This document shows, one piece after another, positions 26,008-34,663 of a stretch of 62,073 nucleotides of DNA. Position numbers and translations under genes: made by a program. Under the pieces are notes generated by a model, which was not told where the DNA came from, made no database searches, and saw only the letters and a list, made by a program, of their open reading frames with translations. Position 1 is the first letter of the stretch, and each line of letters begins with the position of its first letter. Source of the DNA: Candidatus Pacebacteria bacterium RIFOXYA1_FULL_38_18 (GTDB lineage Bacteria; Patescibacteriota; Microgenomatia; UBA1400; PJMF01); the NCBI GenBank assembly GCA_001787405.1, contig MFWV01000013.1:1-62073 (forward strand), in the 5' to 3' direction.

Positions 26008-26343
26008 ATGAGAACCAGTGAAACTTTTCAAGAATTTGAAGATCAAGATCAAGATGAAGATGAAGATGAAGATCAAGATCAAGATGAAAGAGAGTATCGG
26101 GACGGTCAATATTTATTTCTTCGAATTCCAGAATCTAACCCCAACCAGCATATTACTTATGAAGTAGTGATAAAAAGTTTTGAGTGTGGATATTACAAAT
26201 GTGAAATTAGGAATGTAAGAAAGAAAAACTCATCACTAAATGATGATCAGTGTCTAAAAGTAGGAGCTGTTATTTGGGTAAAAAAAGATGAGTTATCACA
26301 GAAGCCTCGACTGTTGAGAATTATTAAAAAATTTGTTGCTTAG
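26008..26343 (+). CDS. hypothetical protein with E/D/Q acidic repeat
   Basis: MRTSETFQEFEDQDQDEDEDEDQDQDE.. ATG 26008 is preferred over TTG 25990, which lies inside the repeat. Confidence 0.4.
   Translation: MRTSETFQEFEDQDQDEDEDEDQDQDEREYRDGQYLFLRIPESNPNQHITYEVVIKSFECGYYKCEIRNVRKKNSSLNDDQCLKVGAVIWVKKDELSQKPRLLRIIKKFVA
26038..26088 (+). repeat. in-frame hexanucleotide (SAAGAT)n tract
   Basis: GAAGAT CAAGAT CAAGAT GAAGAT GAAGAT GAAGAT CAAGAT CAAGAT GAA. Confidence 0.85.
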
Positions 26344-26381
26344 AGTTGGGTTTCTCAGTAAATCATGTTACAATTTGATAT

Positions 26382-26588
26382 ATGCGTTTTCCAGAATGTT
26401 TGAAAAAATTATTACTTCAAAAACCAAAAGAAAATAAAGAAGAACGATTGCGAAATGAGGCTTTTTATCTGGAAAGAATGATGCTCCTTTATCTTAAGGA
26501 AGAGCTTACCCTTGAAGAATTAAATACAAAATTAAGAAATAACCCGTTTTTTAACGGAAAAAACCCTAGAAAATTTTCTTCTAACTAG
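26382..26588 (+). CDS. small hypothetical protein
   Basis: 68-aa ORF preceded by TGTTACAAT. No motif recognised. Confidence 0.3.
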   Translation: MRFPECLKKLLLQKPKENKEERLRNEAFYLERMMLLYLKEELTLEELNTKLRNNPFFNGKNPRKFSSN

Positions 26589-26666
26589 ATAATTGTAACT
26601 AAGTTAATTTCAAAAATTCCTTGATTTGAAAATTGATCAAGTTCAATAAGATTATTTTTGAATTTT

Positions 26667-27335
26667 TCAAACAACTATTCCGTAACCCTGACCTTTGAAA
26701 GTGACAAATAAACTCAAACCAAATTGTTTATCAATTTTATTGCGGAGTGAGCACATATAGACTTCTAGACTATTAGAGGATGGTTGACGAGTGGCATTCC
26801 AGACGATGTTGTAAAGAGTTTGAAAAGAAAATACATAATTTGGTCTACTCAAAAGAGTGCTGAGTAGCAAGGCCTCCTTTTTATTAAGATGAACAATGGT
26901 TTTTTTATAAGTAGCTTGTTTTTTTTCGAACTCAAATCGAAAGTCTTTATAAGAAAATATTGCTGAGTTTTGTTTTGAGTTTTTCGTGTGACTGATGTTG
27001 GACAAACGAGCCAGTAATTCTTGAGTACAAACTGAATTTGAAAGACAATCTTTGGCTCCGGCAGATAAAAGCTCTGCTCGTTGTAGGGAAGTGAGTGGAT
27101 TACTCAATATTAAAATATTCAAGGAAGGGAAATTTTCTCGTAATTGGAAAAGTAGTTTTTTGGTAAATGCTAGTGACAGTGATTCTGACCAAATAATCGT
27201 TGTTTGGTATTGATGTTGGGCAATTAATTTTAAAAAAGGTTTTCGAATAGAATGAACAGACAAAACATGCTTTTTTTGCAATGCTTGATAGAATTTCCAG
27301 GGCAGTGGTGTGATCCCAACCACTAAAACCTTCAT
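26667..27335 (-). CDS. atypical orphan OmpR/PhoB-type response regulator (degenerate receiver domain)
   Basis: C-terminal winged helix (HLNKKEALLLSTLLSRPNYVFSFQTLYNIVW..SLEVYMCSLRNKID..FVTFKGQGYGIV). The N-terminal receiver-like fold MKVLVVGITP.. lacks the acidic pocket and the phospho-acceptor Asp. Confidence 0.65.
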   Translation of the reverse strand: MKVLVVGITPLPWKFYQALQKKHVLSVHSIRKPFLKLIAQHQYQTTIIWSESLSLAFTKKLLFQLRENFPSLNILILSNPLTSLQRAELLSAGAKDCLSNSVCTQELLARLSNISHTKNSKQNSAIFSYKDFRFEFEKKQATYKKTIVHLNKKEALLLSTLLSRPNYVFSFQTLYNIVWNATRQPSSNSLEVYMCSLRNKIDKQFGLSLFVTFKGQGYGIVV

Positions 27336-27374
27336 GGCTGGGGAAATAAAATACAATAAAAATTACTCAATCGC

Positions 27375-27393
27375 AATGAAGCGAGAATGAAGC
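27375..27393. promoter_or_regulatory. direct repeat AATGAAGC-N3-AATGAAGC upstream of the regulator gene
   Basis: Copies at 27375-27382 and 27386-27393, period 11 bp, 40-58 bp upstream of ATG 27335. Confidence 0.35.
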
Positions 27394-27500
27394 AAAGACT
27401 TATTTTACATTAATGTTGCTTGGTTGTTGATCGTTTCGTGAGGTATAGTAATTAAAGATACCCGGCCGACCGCTCAAGCTTTAATTTTTATCCTATAATA

Positions 27501-27529
27501 TTGACTTTACTGCTATATTTTGATATACT
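27501..27529 (+). promoter_or_regulatory. strong sigma70-type promoter
   Basis: TTGACT (27501-27506), 17 nt spacer, TATACT (27524-27529), with TGA immediately upstream. Confidence 0.5.
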
Positions 27530-27654
27530 CGTCTCTGGTTTAGCACTTTAACACTATTCTTTACTTCCGCTGGGTGGATTGCTGAGTTTGTTGTCAACAA
27601 ATTGAGCCATCCACCCTAATCTCCCTCCGCAAAGGAGGGGAAAGGAGGTAAAGG

Positions 27655-27828
27655 ATGGGAAGCTTACTGCTAATAGCCGCCCTTTCGGGCGGCGCGGTAG
27701 TCAGCATTTTCCTCTCCTATAGGTCGTACAACAATCACGACCAACGGGGAGGAGAATTAGCGGCCAACATTAGCAAAATCTTGCTATTGTTGGCTGTTTT
27801 TACTGCAATAATTTACTTTTTGCAGTAA
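27655..27828 (+). CDS. unannotated 57-aa two-TM small membrane protein; could alternatively be a highly structured RNA
   Basis: AAAGGAGGTAAAGG-ATG. Product MGSLLLIAALSGGAVVSIFLSYRSYNNHDQRGGELAANISKILLLLAVFTAIIYFLQ*. Below the ORF-track cutoff. Confidence 0.5.
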   Translation: MGSLLLIAALSGGAVVSIFLSYRSYNNHDQRGGELAANISKILLLLAVFTAIIYFLQ

Positions 27829-27839
27829 AACACACCCCG

Positions 27840-27900
27840 CCCCGCCCGGCTGAAAAGCCGAGCGGGGGGAAACACCTTATTTATTTTTTCAAAAAATCAA
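27840..27900 (+). terminator. GC-rich GNRA-capped hairpin and distal T-tract after the small ORF
   Basis: CCCGCCCGGCT-GAAA-AGCCGAGCGGG (27841-27866, one mismatch), then ..TTATTTATTTTTT. Confidence 0.45.
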
Positions 27901-27989
27901 TAATTTCTGTTTTTTCAGTTTTCTCAATCACATGACGAAAATCCTGAATGAAGATGTTATCTTTGGTTTTTTTTTGTATACTTTAGTTC

Positions 27990-29357
27990 ATGCCTGCCAA
28001 GTCAAAAAATTTGCCCCAGCCACCGAGTATTCTTGGCACCTTGGGTCCATCTTTTATTTTGTTGGGCCTAGCTCTGGGCAGTGGTGAATTGATTTTATGG
28101 CCGTATTTGGCCGCCCATTACGGCTTGGGATTATTGTGGGGTGGTCTTTTGGGAATTTCTTTTCAGTTTATTCTCAACACAGAAACAATGCGTTACTCAC
28201 TGGCTTGGGGTGAGAGTGTTTTTGTAGGGTTTAGAAAATTGGCCCGCTGGATTCCTTTATGGTTTATTATTTCTACTTTTATTCCTTGGTCTTTGCCTGG
28301 TTTTTCTTCTGCTACAGCTCAGATTATGGTCAGTTTTTTTCCTTTTTTGAACGAAACTTGGCTGGCAATAGGTTTTTTGTTATTGGTGGGAATAATTTTG
28401 AGTTTGGGAAAGACTTTATATAAAACCGTGGAACAGGTGCAAAAAGGAATTATTTTTATCAGTTTGCCTTTCATTCTTTTATTAACTTTCATGTTTTCTG
28501 GGGCAACTGAGTGGAGAGAGTTGGGTTGGGGATTGATTGGTCGAGGAGATGGTTGGTGGTTTTTCCCACCGGGGATTGCTCTAGCTTCATTCTTGGGTGC
28601 CTTTGCTTACTCTGGAGGTGGTGGCAATTTGAATTTAGCTCAGTCTTATTACATTAAAGAAAAAGGTTTTGGCATGGGCAAATACACTGCCAAAATTAAA
28701 TCACTCTTTGCTTCGGGAGAGAAAAAAATTGCGGTAGTTGGTAGTCGCTTTGTTGATTCTACCAGCAACAGAAAATTGTGGCGGAAATGGTGGGGATTGG
28801 TAAACTTGGAACACTTCTTGATTTTTTGGTTATTGGGATTTTTAACGATCGTGATTTTGGCAATTCTAGCCAAAGCATTGGTTTATGGTGGCAAAGTAGG
28901 TGAGGGACTGGCATTTTTGTATACCGAATCAGCAATGATTACTGACAGATCGCACGCACTGCTTGGCAATGTTTTTTTATTGGTAGCAGGTCTGATGTTG
29001 TTTTCTACCCATTTGGGAATTTTGGAATCTTCTTCACGTATTATTTCTGAAAATATTTTTCTGTTTTTTAGTAACCAGAAAAAAGCTAATCTTTCTTTTG
29101 GGTTTTATATTGCTCTTTGGTTGCAAATTGGTTTGGGGGTCATCATCTATTTAGTTGGCTGGCAAGAACCCCGCTTTTTACTCACTTTATCAGCGATTTT
29201 GAATGCTGCAGCTATGATGGTGGCTTTCCCACTGGTTTTTTGGCTGAATAAAAAACACCTGCCCAAAGCATATCAACCTCATTGGTGGCGTCTTTTATTC
29301 ATGCTTTTTGCCTTTATATTTTTCGTGATTTTGGTGGGGGTAACTTTTTTCAGTTGA
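27990..29357 (+). CDS. Nramp-related membrane transporter (divergent)
   Basis: 11-12 predicted TM helices. LGPSFILLGLALGSGELILWPYLAAHYG sits where Nramp proteins carry GPG..DPGN. Confidence 0.55.
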   Translation: MPAKSKNLPQPPSILGTLGPSFILLGLALGSGELILWPYLAAHYGLGLLWGGLLGISFQFILNTETMRYSLAWGESVFVGFRKLARWIPLWFIISTFIPWSLPGFSSATAQIMVSFFPFLNETWLAIGFLLLVGIILSLGKTLYKTVEQVQKGIIFISLPFILLLTFMFSGATEWRELGWGLIGRGDGWWFFPPGIALASFLGAFAYSGGGGNLNLAQSYYIKEKGFGMGKYTAKIKSLFASGEKKIAVVGSRFVDSTSNRKLWRKWWGLVNLEHFLIFWLLGFLTIVILAILAKALVYGGKVGEGLAFLYTESAMITDRSHALLGNVFLLVAGLMLFSTHLGILESSSRIISENIFLFFSNQKKANLSFGFYIALWLQIGLGVIIYLVGWQEPRFLLTLSAILNAAAMMVAFPLVFWLNKKHLPKAYQPHWWRLLFMLFAFIFFVILVGVTFFS

Positions 29358-29392
29358 TCAAATTTTCACTTAATCCACTTAATAATTTATTT

Positions 29393-30010
29393 TTAAACCA
29401 ACCAGCTTAGGACCATGTTGATTATGGGAGAGAGTAATCGGGCTACTGGAGAAACTCCGTTGAAAGGAAAAATTAATAGAATGAGTACAAGAGTGCCATA
29501 ACGACGCATAATCTCTTCATATTCTAGGGCTGTTTGTTGAGGTAATAGGGCCGTCAGGATTTTACTGCCATCCAACGGATAGACAGGAACCAGATTGAAA
29601 ATAGCCAACATAATATTGATCGCCATAATTTGGAAAACTGCCACTTGCAACCATAAAACTGGAAATAAACCAAGTTTGAGCAAAAGAGAAAGAATCAGGG
29701 CAACTAGCAAATTGGAAATTGGTCCAGCGACAGCGATGATGGCCGTGTCGCGCACGGGATTTTTGAGGTTGTAAGGATCAAATGGAGCTGGCTTGCCCCA
29801 ACCAAAACGAGTAAAAAGAATCATGAGAGTGCCCAGTAAATCCAAATGAGAGCGTGGATCAAGAGTGAGCCGACCTCTCGCTCTGGGTGTTGGATCACCC
29901 AGCTTATCTGTCACCCAACAATGAGCAAACTCATGAATGGTAATGGACATAAGTAGTCCGCCAAAAATTATGACGAAAGCAAGTGGCGAGCTGAAGAGCA
30001 GATCAATCAT
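29393..30010 (-). CDS. site-2 protease family (peptidase M50) zinc metalloprotease
   Basis: ITIHEFAHCWV (HExxH) in TM1. NLVPVYPLDGSKIL second motif. Confidence 0.8.
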   Translation of the reverse strand: MIDLLFSSPLAFVIIFGGLLMSITIHEFAHCWVTDKLGDPTPRARGRLTLDPRSHLDLLGTLMILFTRFGWGKPAPFDPYNLKNPVRDTAIIAVAGPISNLLVALILSLLLKLGLFPVLWLQVAVFQIMAINIMLAIFNLVPVYPLDGSKILTALLPQQTALEYEEIMRRYGTLVLILLIFPFNGVSPVARLLSPIINMVLSWLV

Positions 30011-30089
30011 AGGTTTTCATTATACGCGATTGCTCAAATCAGCTACTGTTTGCTCAAATTCCAGTGAGATGCTACAATCCCATCCTGTT

Positions 30090-30317
30090 ATGAAAGGTTT
30101 TGATTTTAAATTTCCCAGAGTAGCGCACATCGGCAACACCGTGTCGCATGCTAAAAACCGCAAAAGTCGGACGTTCAAGTATAACTTGCACACCGTGACA
30201 ATTTTGGTTGATGGCAAAAAACGTCGCTTACGCGTACCCACCAAAATCTTGCGCATGATGAAAAAATCAGGAGTAACTACTCACTATAAACCTGAAGAAA
30301 AAGCCACTAAAAAATAA
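30090..30317 (+). CDS. rpmB: 50S ribosomal protein L28
   Basis: GNTVSHAKNRKSRTFKYNLHTVTILVDGKKRRLRVPTKILRMMKK. The start at 30090 follows TGCTACAAT; ATG 30069 is an alternative. Confidence 0.7.
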   Translation: MKGFDFKFPRVAHIGNTVSHAKNRKSRTFKYNLHTVTILVDGKKRRLRVPTKILRMMKKSGVTTHYKPEEKATKK

Positions 30318-30344
30318 TTTTTCTGAGTTTCAATCTGTTCTATT

Positions 30345-31286
30345 TCATTCTTCCAAAAGACTATTTTTTGCTTCGTTCCAAGAAGTAATATTTTTCCCCT
30401 CCCATTGCACTTGATCCAAAATCAATTGCTTGGTCTGTTTGGATTGAGTGGCCTGCTCAATTTGCTCGCCTTGACTCAAGTGACAGCGATGAATAATAAG
30501 GCGTTTTTCTCCCTGATTGGTCATTACTTTGGTCCAGAGTTTGGGCCACGGATAAAAAGCGCGACAAGCTCTTTCTATCTTGTCTGCTCGCTGACCACTC
30601 TCCATTGCTTGTTTAATAACAGACCAATCATAAAAAGAATCTTGTTTGGTTAGACGTTTGGCAATTGGAGTGGGGGAGTCGGTTGGTTGTGGGACAGCTT
30701 TGATTTTATTTTGAGCAAATTGATCGATCAGATCACCTAATTGTTTGCAGATCAAATCAAAACTATGAGAGTAATATTCTGTTTGAGTCCAAGTTTGATC
30801 GACCGTAAAAGGCAATTGAGCGATGATTGCTCCTTCATCCATTTTTTCGCTCATAATCATCAAGGTCACTGCTGATTTTGGATTACCAGAGAGTAGCACA
30901 AACTGGCCAGGGGAGCTACCGCGCCAACGAGGCAAAAGTGAGGGATGAATGTTGAGCGGTGCAACTTTGGGCAACTTGAGCAACCATTGGGGGATCAAAT
31001 AGCCAAAATCTACCACGAGTAAAAAATCAATCGATTGCTGGGCAAAATCAGTCTCGATTTTTAACTGGACTTTTTGATCAAGTTTCCGATCGATTAAAAT
31101 AATAGGCAATTGGTTCTCTTGAGCAAATTGATGAACAGGATTTTGAATCAAAGTTTGTTGACGACCAACAGGTTTGGGTTGGGGAGTGATGATAAATTTT
31201 AGTTTAAATCGTTTGTCAGCCAGGAGAGTTTGTGCTACTTGCAATGTTCTTTCAGTCGAGCCAGCAAGGGCGAGAGTGTAAATCAT
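30345..31286 (-). CDS. fmt: methionyl-tRNA formyltransferase
   Basis: LNIHPSLLPRWRGSSP motif. Downstream of def. Confidence 0.8.
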   Translation of the reverse strand: MIYTLALAGSTERTLQVAQTLLADKRFKLKFIITPQPKPVGRQQTLIQNPVHQFAQENQLPIILIDRKLDQKVQLKIETDFAQQSIDFLLVVDFGYLIPQWLLKLPKVAPLNIHPSLLPRWRGSSPGQFVLLSGNPKSAVTLMIMSEKMDEGAIIAQLPFTVDQTWTQTEYYSHSFDLICKQLGDLIDQFAQNKIKAVPQPTDSPTPIAKRLTKQDSFYDWSVIKQAMESGQRADKIERACRAFYPWPKLWTKVMTNQGEKRLIIHRCHLSQGEQIEQATQSKQTKQLILDQVQWEGKNITSWNEAKNSLLEE

Positions 31287-31298
31287 GATTAATTAAAT

Positions 31299-31865
31299 TT
31301 AATAAAGTTCCAAAGCCGAGCGATCGGTTATTTCCACCAGTTCTTTCTTTTTTTCTCGATAAACCGGCAAACCGAACTCCAGTGAATAATCTGTAAACAA
31401 AATACCATTTAGATGATCTAATTCGTGTTGTATTACTCTGGCGTGAAAGCCATCAAAGCGATTTTTTTCTTCTATCAATTGTTTATTTTTGAATGATTTA
31501 AACTCTACTTCTACCCATTCCCAACGAGGTACCGCTCCATAAAGTCCTGGCATGGATAAGCAACCTTCTAGTTGGGGATCATCAGCGTTTGGTCCAAAAG
31601 TGTGCTGATTACTATGTTTGGTAATGATGGGATTGATAAAAACTTTGGGTTTGAGCCGAGCTTTGTTGTCACTTTGAATATCGGTAAGAAAGACTCTATA
31701 GAGAGTGTCAACCTGATTGGCAGCCAAACCAACTCCGTGCGGATTGGTAGAGTTTTGTAGCGCAGTTTGCATTTTTTTGATTAAGTTTTGTAAATTAGCA
31801 TCAAAATCAACCACGGTTTCCGCTGGGATTCGCAAAGTTGGGTGAGGGATAGTCACGATTTTCAT
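31299..31865 (-). CDS. def: peptide deformylase
   Basis: GVGLAANQV, EGCLSMPG and HELDHLNG motifs. Confidence 0.9.
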   Translation of the reverse strand: MKIVTIPHPTLRIPAETVVDFDANLQNLIKKMQTALQNSTNPHGVGLAANQVDTLYRVFLTDIQSDNKARLKPKVFINPIITKHSNQHTFGPNADDPQLEGCLSMPGLYGAVPRWEWVEVEFKSFKNKQLIEEKNRFDGFHARVIQHELDHLNGILFTDYSLEFGLPVYREKKKELVEITDRSALELY

Positions 31866-31869
31866 AAAT

Positions 31870-32526
31870 TTAATTTGTCAATATTTCAAACTGAGCTAAT
31901 TCTACCAGAAGAAGCTCGATTTTCTCTGAAGGAATATTGATGATGTCAGTTGAAGTATATTGTTGAAGAGTGGCTTCTATTTGTTGAGCACACTGATTGT
32001 GTTGTGCAAAAAAAGCATCGTTTTTCCAGATAGAATACTTGGCTTGATAACGCTCGCGAAGATCAGTGAGACGCTCGGTTAAAGAGGCAACCCCTTTGGG
32101 CGTCACTCGCAGATCGGCATAACTGCAGATTTGTTGTGTCAAAGAATCATTGGCATTATTACAAATATTGGCTGCATCTAAATTACTAACCAATTGCTGA
32201 ATTTGAATTGGCAAGCCCAATTCTTGAATTATTTTTGCTGTTGCTTGATGAGAACTGTGTCCATATTTTTTTCTCAGTGCCACTTGCCTTTTTCGCCAGT
32301 CATCAGTCAAAAGCGTTGGATCAATTACTTGTGCATTTTTGGTCAAGTCAAACTTCACCAAATTACCCAAATCATGGACTAACAAAGCATTGATAATTGT
32401 TTGCTCACTGATGAAAGGACCTTGCCAATGATCGATAATGTATTTACCTACGGCAGCCACAGTCAACATATGTTGCTGGAGTTTGGGAGGAATAATAAGT
32501 TGTTGATAAAGCTGACGACTATTCAT
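31870..32526 (-). CDS. HD-domain phosphohydrolase
   Basis: MLTVAAVGKYI..LLVHDLGNLVKF. Confidence 0.6.
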   Translation of the reverse strand: MNSRQLYQQLIIPPKLQQHMLTVAAVGKYIIDHWQGPFISEQTIINALLVHDLGNLVKFDLTKNAQVIDPTLLTDDWRKRQVALRKKYGHSSHQATAKIIQELGLPIQIQQLVSNLDAANICNNANDSLTQQICSYADLRVTPKGVASLTERLTDLRERYQAKYSIWKNDAFFAQHNQCAQQIEATLQQYTSTDIINIPSEKIELLLVELAQFEILTN

Positions 32527-34583
32527 TATTCAAAAGTATCATCAATTGGCTGTTCCAAAGCACGAAGTTTTTCTTGAGTTTCTGTATCGGTAGTAGCTAG
32601 ATTATCCAAAATAAATTGATATTGTTGTTTACCTTCCTCAACTCTGCCCAACTGCACTAATAGATCGCCCAAGGCAATACGTGCCTTGATGTAATTATAG
32701 CGAAGCTCAATAGTTTGCTGGAGAGTTTCTACCGCTTGAGCAAATTTGCCCTGACTTTGTTGAGCAATTCCCAAGTTATACCAAAGTTGAGCGTCAGTGG
32801 GAGAGAGATCAATGGCTGCTTTCAAGATTTGTTCTGCTTGGCCAAAATAACTACTATCTATTTGAGCTAATAAGAAAAATACTCTGACTCTAGTTTTATA
32901 AAGATTTAAGTTTCTAGGGTTGAGTAGTAATGCGTAATCAGAGTTTTGAATGGCTGCTGCTGTCAATTGTTGACTGGCCAATTGTTGATCAGCATCCGGT
33001 TCTTTCAATAGAGAATATTGGAGGGCTGCTTCGCTATATAAATTGGCTAATTCATCATAATAGAGAGCTTCGCGGGGAGTTAATTTGATCGCTTTTTCCA
33101 AACTAATGGCTGCTTGGGAATATTCAAAGTTATCTTGTAATTTCTTGCCTTGGGCAAAATACCAGTCAGCTCTCCAAACTTGGCCAATTTTCCAGAGAAT
33201 AATAGTTGTTATAAGCATTAAAGCCCCCAGCATCCATTTTTGCCAATTAATCATTTTGGCTGTTTTTTTGACAATGATTTCCTCTGGCAGAAACGCAATG
33301 GCTGGTAATAAAAACAGCAAAAGATTGCTCGTGACTGTAGAAAAACCAAAGAAAAGAGTAACCGAAAGGCCAATCATACTCAGTAGTACCGCATGTGCCA
33401 CCGAGAACTGTTTGGGTTGAGTGCGAATGCTGTCAAACAATAGCCACATTAGTCCGCCCATGAATAGCGAGTAAGTGAGAGCACCCACCAGACCTGTTTC
33501 GGCTAAGTAATTGAAAAGTTCATTGTGAGCTTTGTTATAAAGGTTGTCCCACTCGGAAACTAAATTGTGAGTGACCGGTCGATCTTGATAATAACTATAA
33601 GCAAAGGTGCCGGGTCCGGAACCAAATAATGGATAGCGTTGCCAAACTTTCAAAGCCCCCTGCCAAACAATTAGACGAATATCAACAGAGCTGGTGCCTT
33701 GAGAAAGATCGAAAGTATCTTTTGGGGAAGGTAACTGGTTGTGAATAAAATTGATTCCTATCAATAAAATCGTTGTCAGTAACCCAGCAGTAAATAATTT
33801 GTTTTTTAAAGGACGAATAAATTTTTTCCACTTTTTCTTAATAGTAGTTTGATGATAGAGCAGGCCAAAACCAATTCCGCTCACTCCCAAACCCAACAAT
33901 CCTGATCTAGAACCAGTAAACAAGAGTACTAATAAAATTAAGCCTGATAGGCTCCACCAAAGTTTATGCAATTTATTAATTTTTCTAAAGCCAAAGAAAA
34001 TTACGATCGGAGCCAAGCCTACTAAATAAGTAGCGAGCCAGTTGGGTTGACCAAAAGTGCCAAACACTCTAGCTTGCACATCTTGTTTCCAGCAATTCAC
34101 TCCAAATTCTTGATGCATGAGATAACAACTGGGGGAGATGCCAAAATGCTCTGGTAGAGCATATAAAGCTGCCAAACTAACTGCCACGATGTTGGTAAGA
34201 AGTAAAGGAAAAATTTGTTTTTTGGGGACATTGTTTAGCAGTCCTAGAAAAAGAACGGTAAAAGCTAGAGAAGAAAAAAATCCACCATTTAAACGACTGT
34301 AATAACCCAACAGAGAAGTTCTGAGATGAATAGAAAATAAAGTAGCGATTGCTTGACCAGCCAAAAAAATTAAAACTAACAAAACCGCTGGGTGTTTGCG
34401 CCAAATAAGTCTTTTTTCTGTGATCATTCGTGCAATCCATAAGGCTCCAATAACTGTGGCAAATACGTAGACAAAAAGCATTTTGCTAATTTGAAATAAT
34501 TCACTATTTATCCAGGTAAATATAAAAGGAGTGAGTAAAAATAGGCCGTGATAGAGAGCAGTAATGAATGCAACCAAATTCAT
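32526..34583 (-). CDS. O-antigen ligase/polymerase-like membrane protein fused to TPR repeats
   Basis: Multi-TM N-terminus with LLFTGSRSGLLGLG (Wzy_C-like). C-terminal TPR repeats (AISLEKAIKLTPREALYYDELANLY.., WYNLGIAQQSQGKFAQAVETLQQ). Confidence 0.7.
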   Translation of the reverse strand: MNLVAFITALYHGLFLLTPFIFTWINSELFQISKMLFVYVFATVIGALWIARMITEKRLIWRKHPAVLLVLIFLAGQAIATLFSIHLRTSLLGYYSRLNGGFFSSLAFTVLFLGLLNNVPKKQIFPLLLTNIVAVSLAALYALPEHFGISPSCYLMHQEFGVNCWKQDVQARVFGTFGQPNWLATYLVGLAPIVIFFGFRKINKLHKLWWSLSGLILLVLLFTGSRSGLLGLGVSGIGFGLLYHQTTIKKKWKKFIRPLKNKLFTAGLLTTILLIGINFIHNQLPSPKDTFDLSQGTSSVDIRLIVWQGALKVWQRYPLFGSGPGTFAYSYYQDRPVTHNLVSEWDNLYNKAHNELFNYLAETGLVGALTYSLFMGGLMWLLFDSIRTQPKQFSVAHAVLLSMIGLSVTLFFGFSTVTSNLLLFLLPAIAFLPEEIIVKKTAKMINWQKWMLGALMLITTIILWKIGQVWRADWYFAQGKKLQDNFEYSQAAISLEKAIKLTPREALYYDELANLYSEAALQYSLLKEPDADQQLASQQLTAAAIQNSDYALLLNPRNLNLYKTRVRVFFLLAQIDSSYFGQAEQILKAAIDLSPTDAQLWYNLGIAQQSQGKFAQAVETLQQTIELRYNYIKARIALGDLLVQLGRVEEGKQQYQFILDNLATTDTETQEKLRALEQPIDDTFE

Positions 34584-34663
34584 AAATATGATCTTTAGTG
34601 TACCTTGGTTTTTTCTGTTATAGTATAGACAACCTGATTAGCAGGTAATATTATTTTAGTTGT

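Noticed and set aside
27536-27900. RNase P RNA, tmRNA, SRP RNA or a known metal riboswitch in the large structured gap before the Nramp-like transporter.
   Set aside because: None of the expected signatures is present. There is no GAGGAAAGUCC/ACAGAA P4 sequence and no tRNA-like GGUUCGAAUCC...CCA end. There is no GGAAGCAGC SRP helix-8 motif and no yybP-ykoY or M-box consensus that I can recognise. An SD-preceded 57-codon ORF accounts for part of the region. It is kept as an unassigned structured element or small ORF instead.
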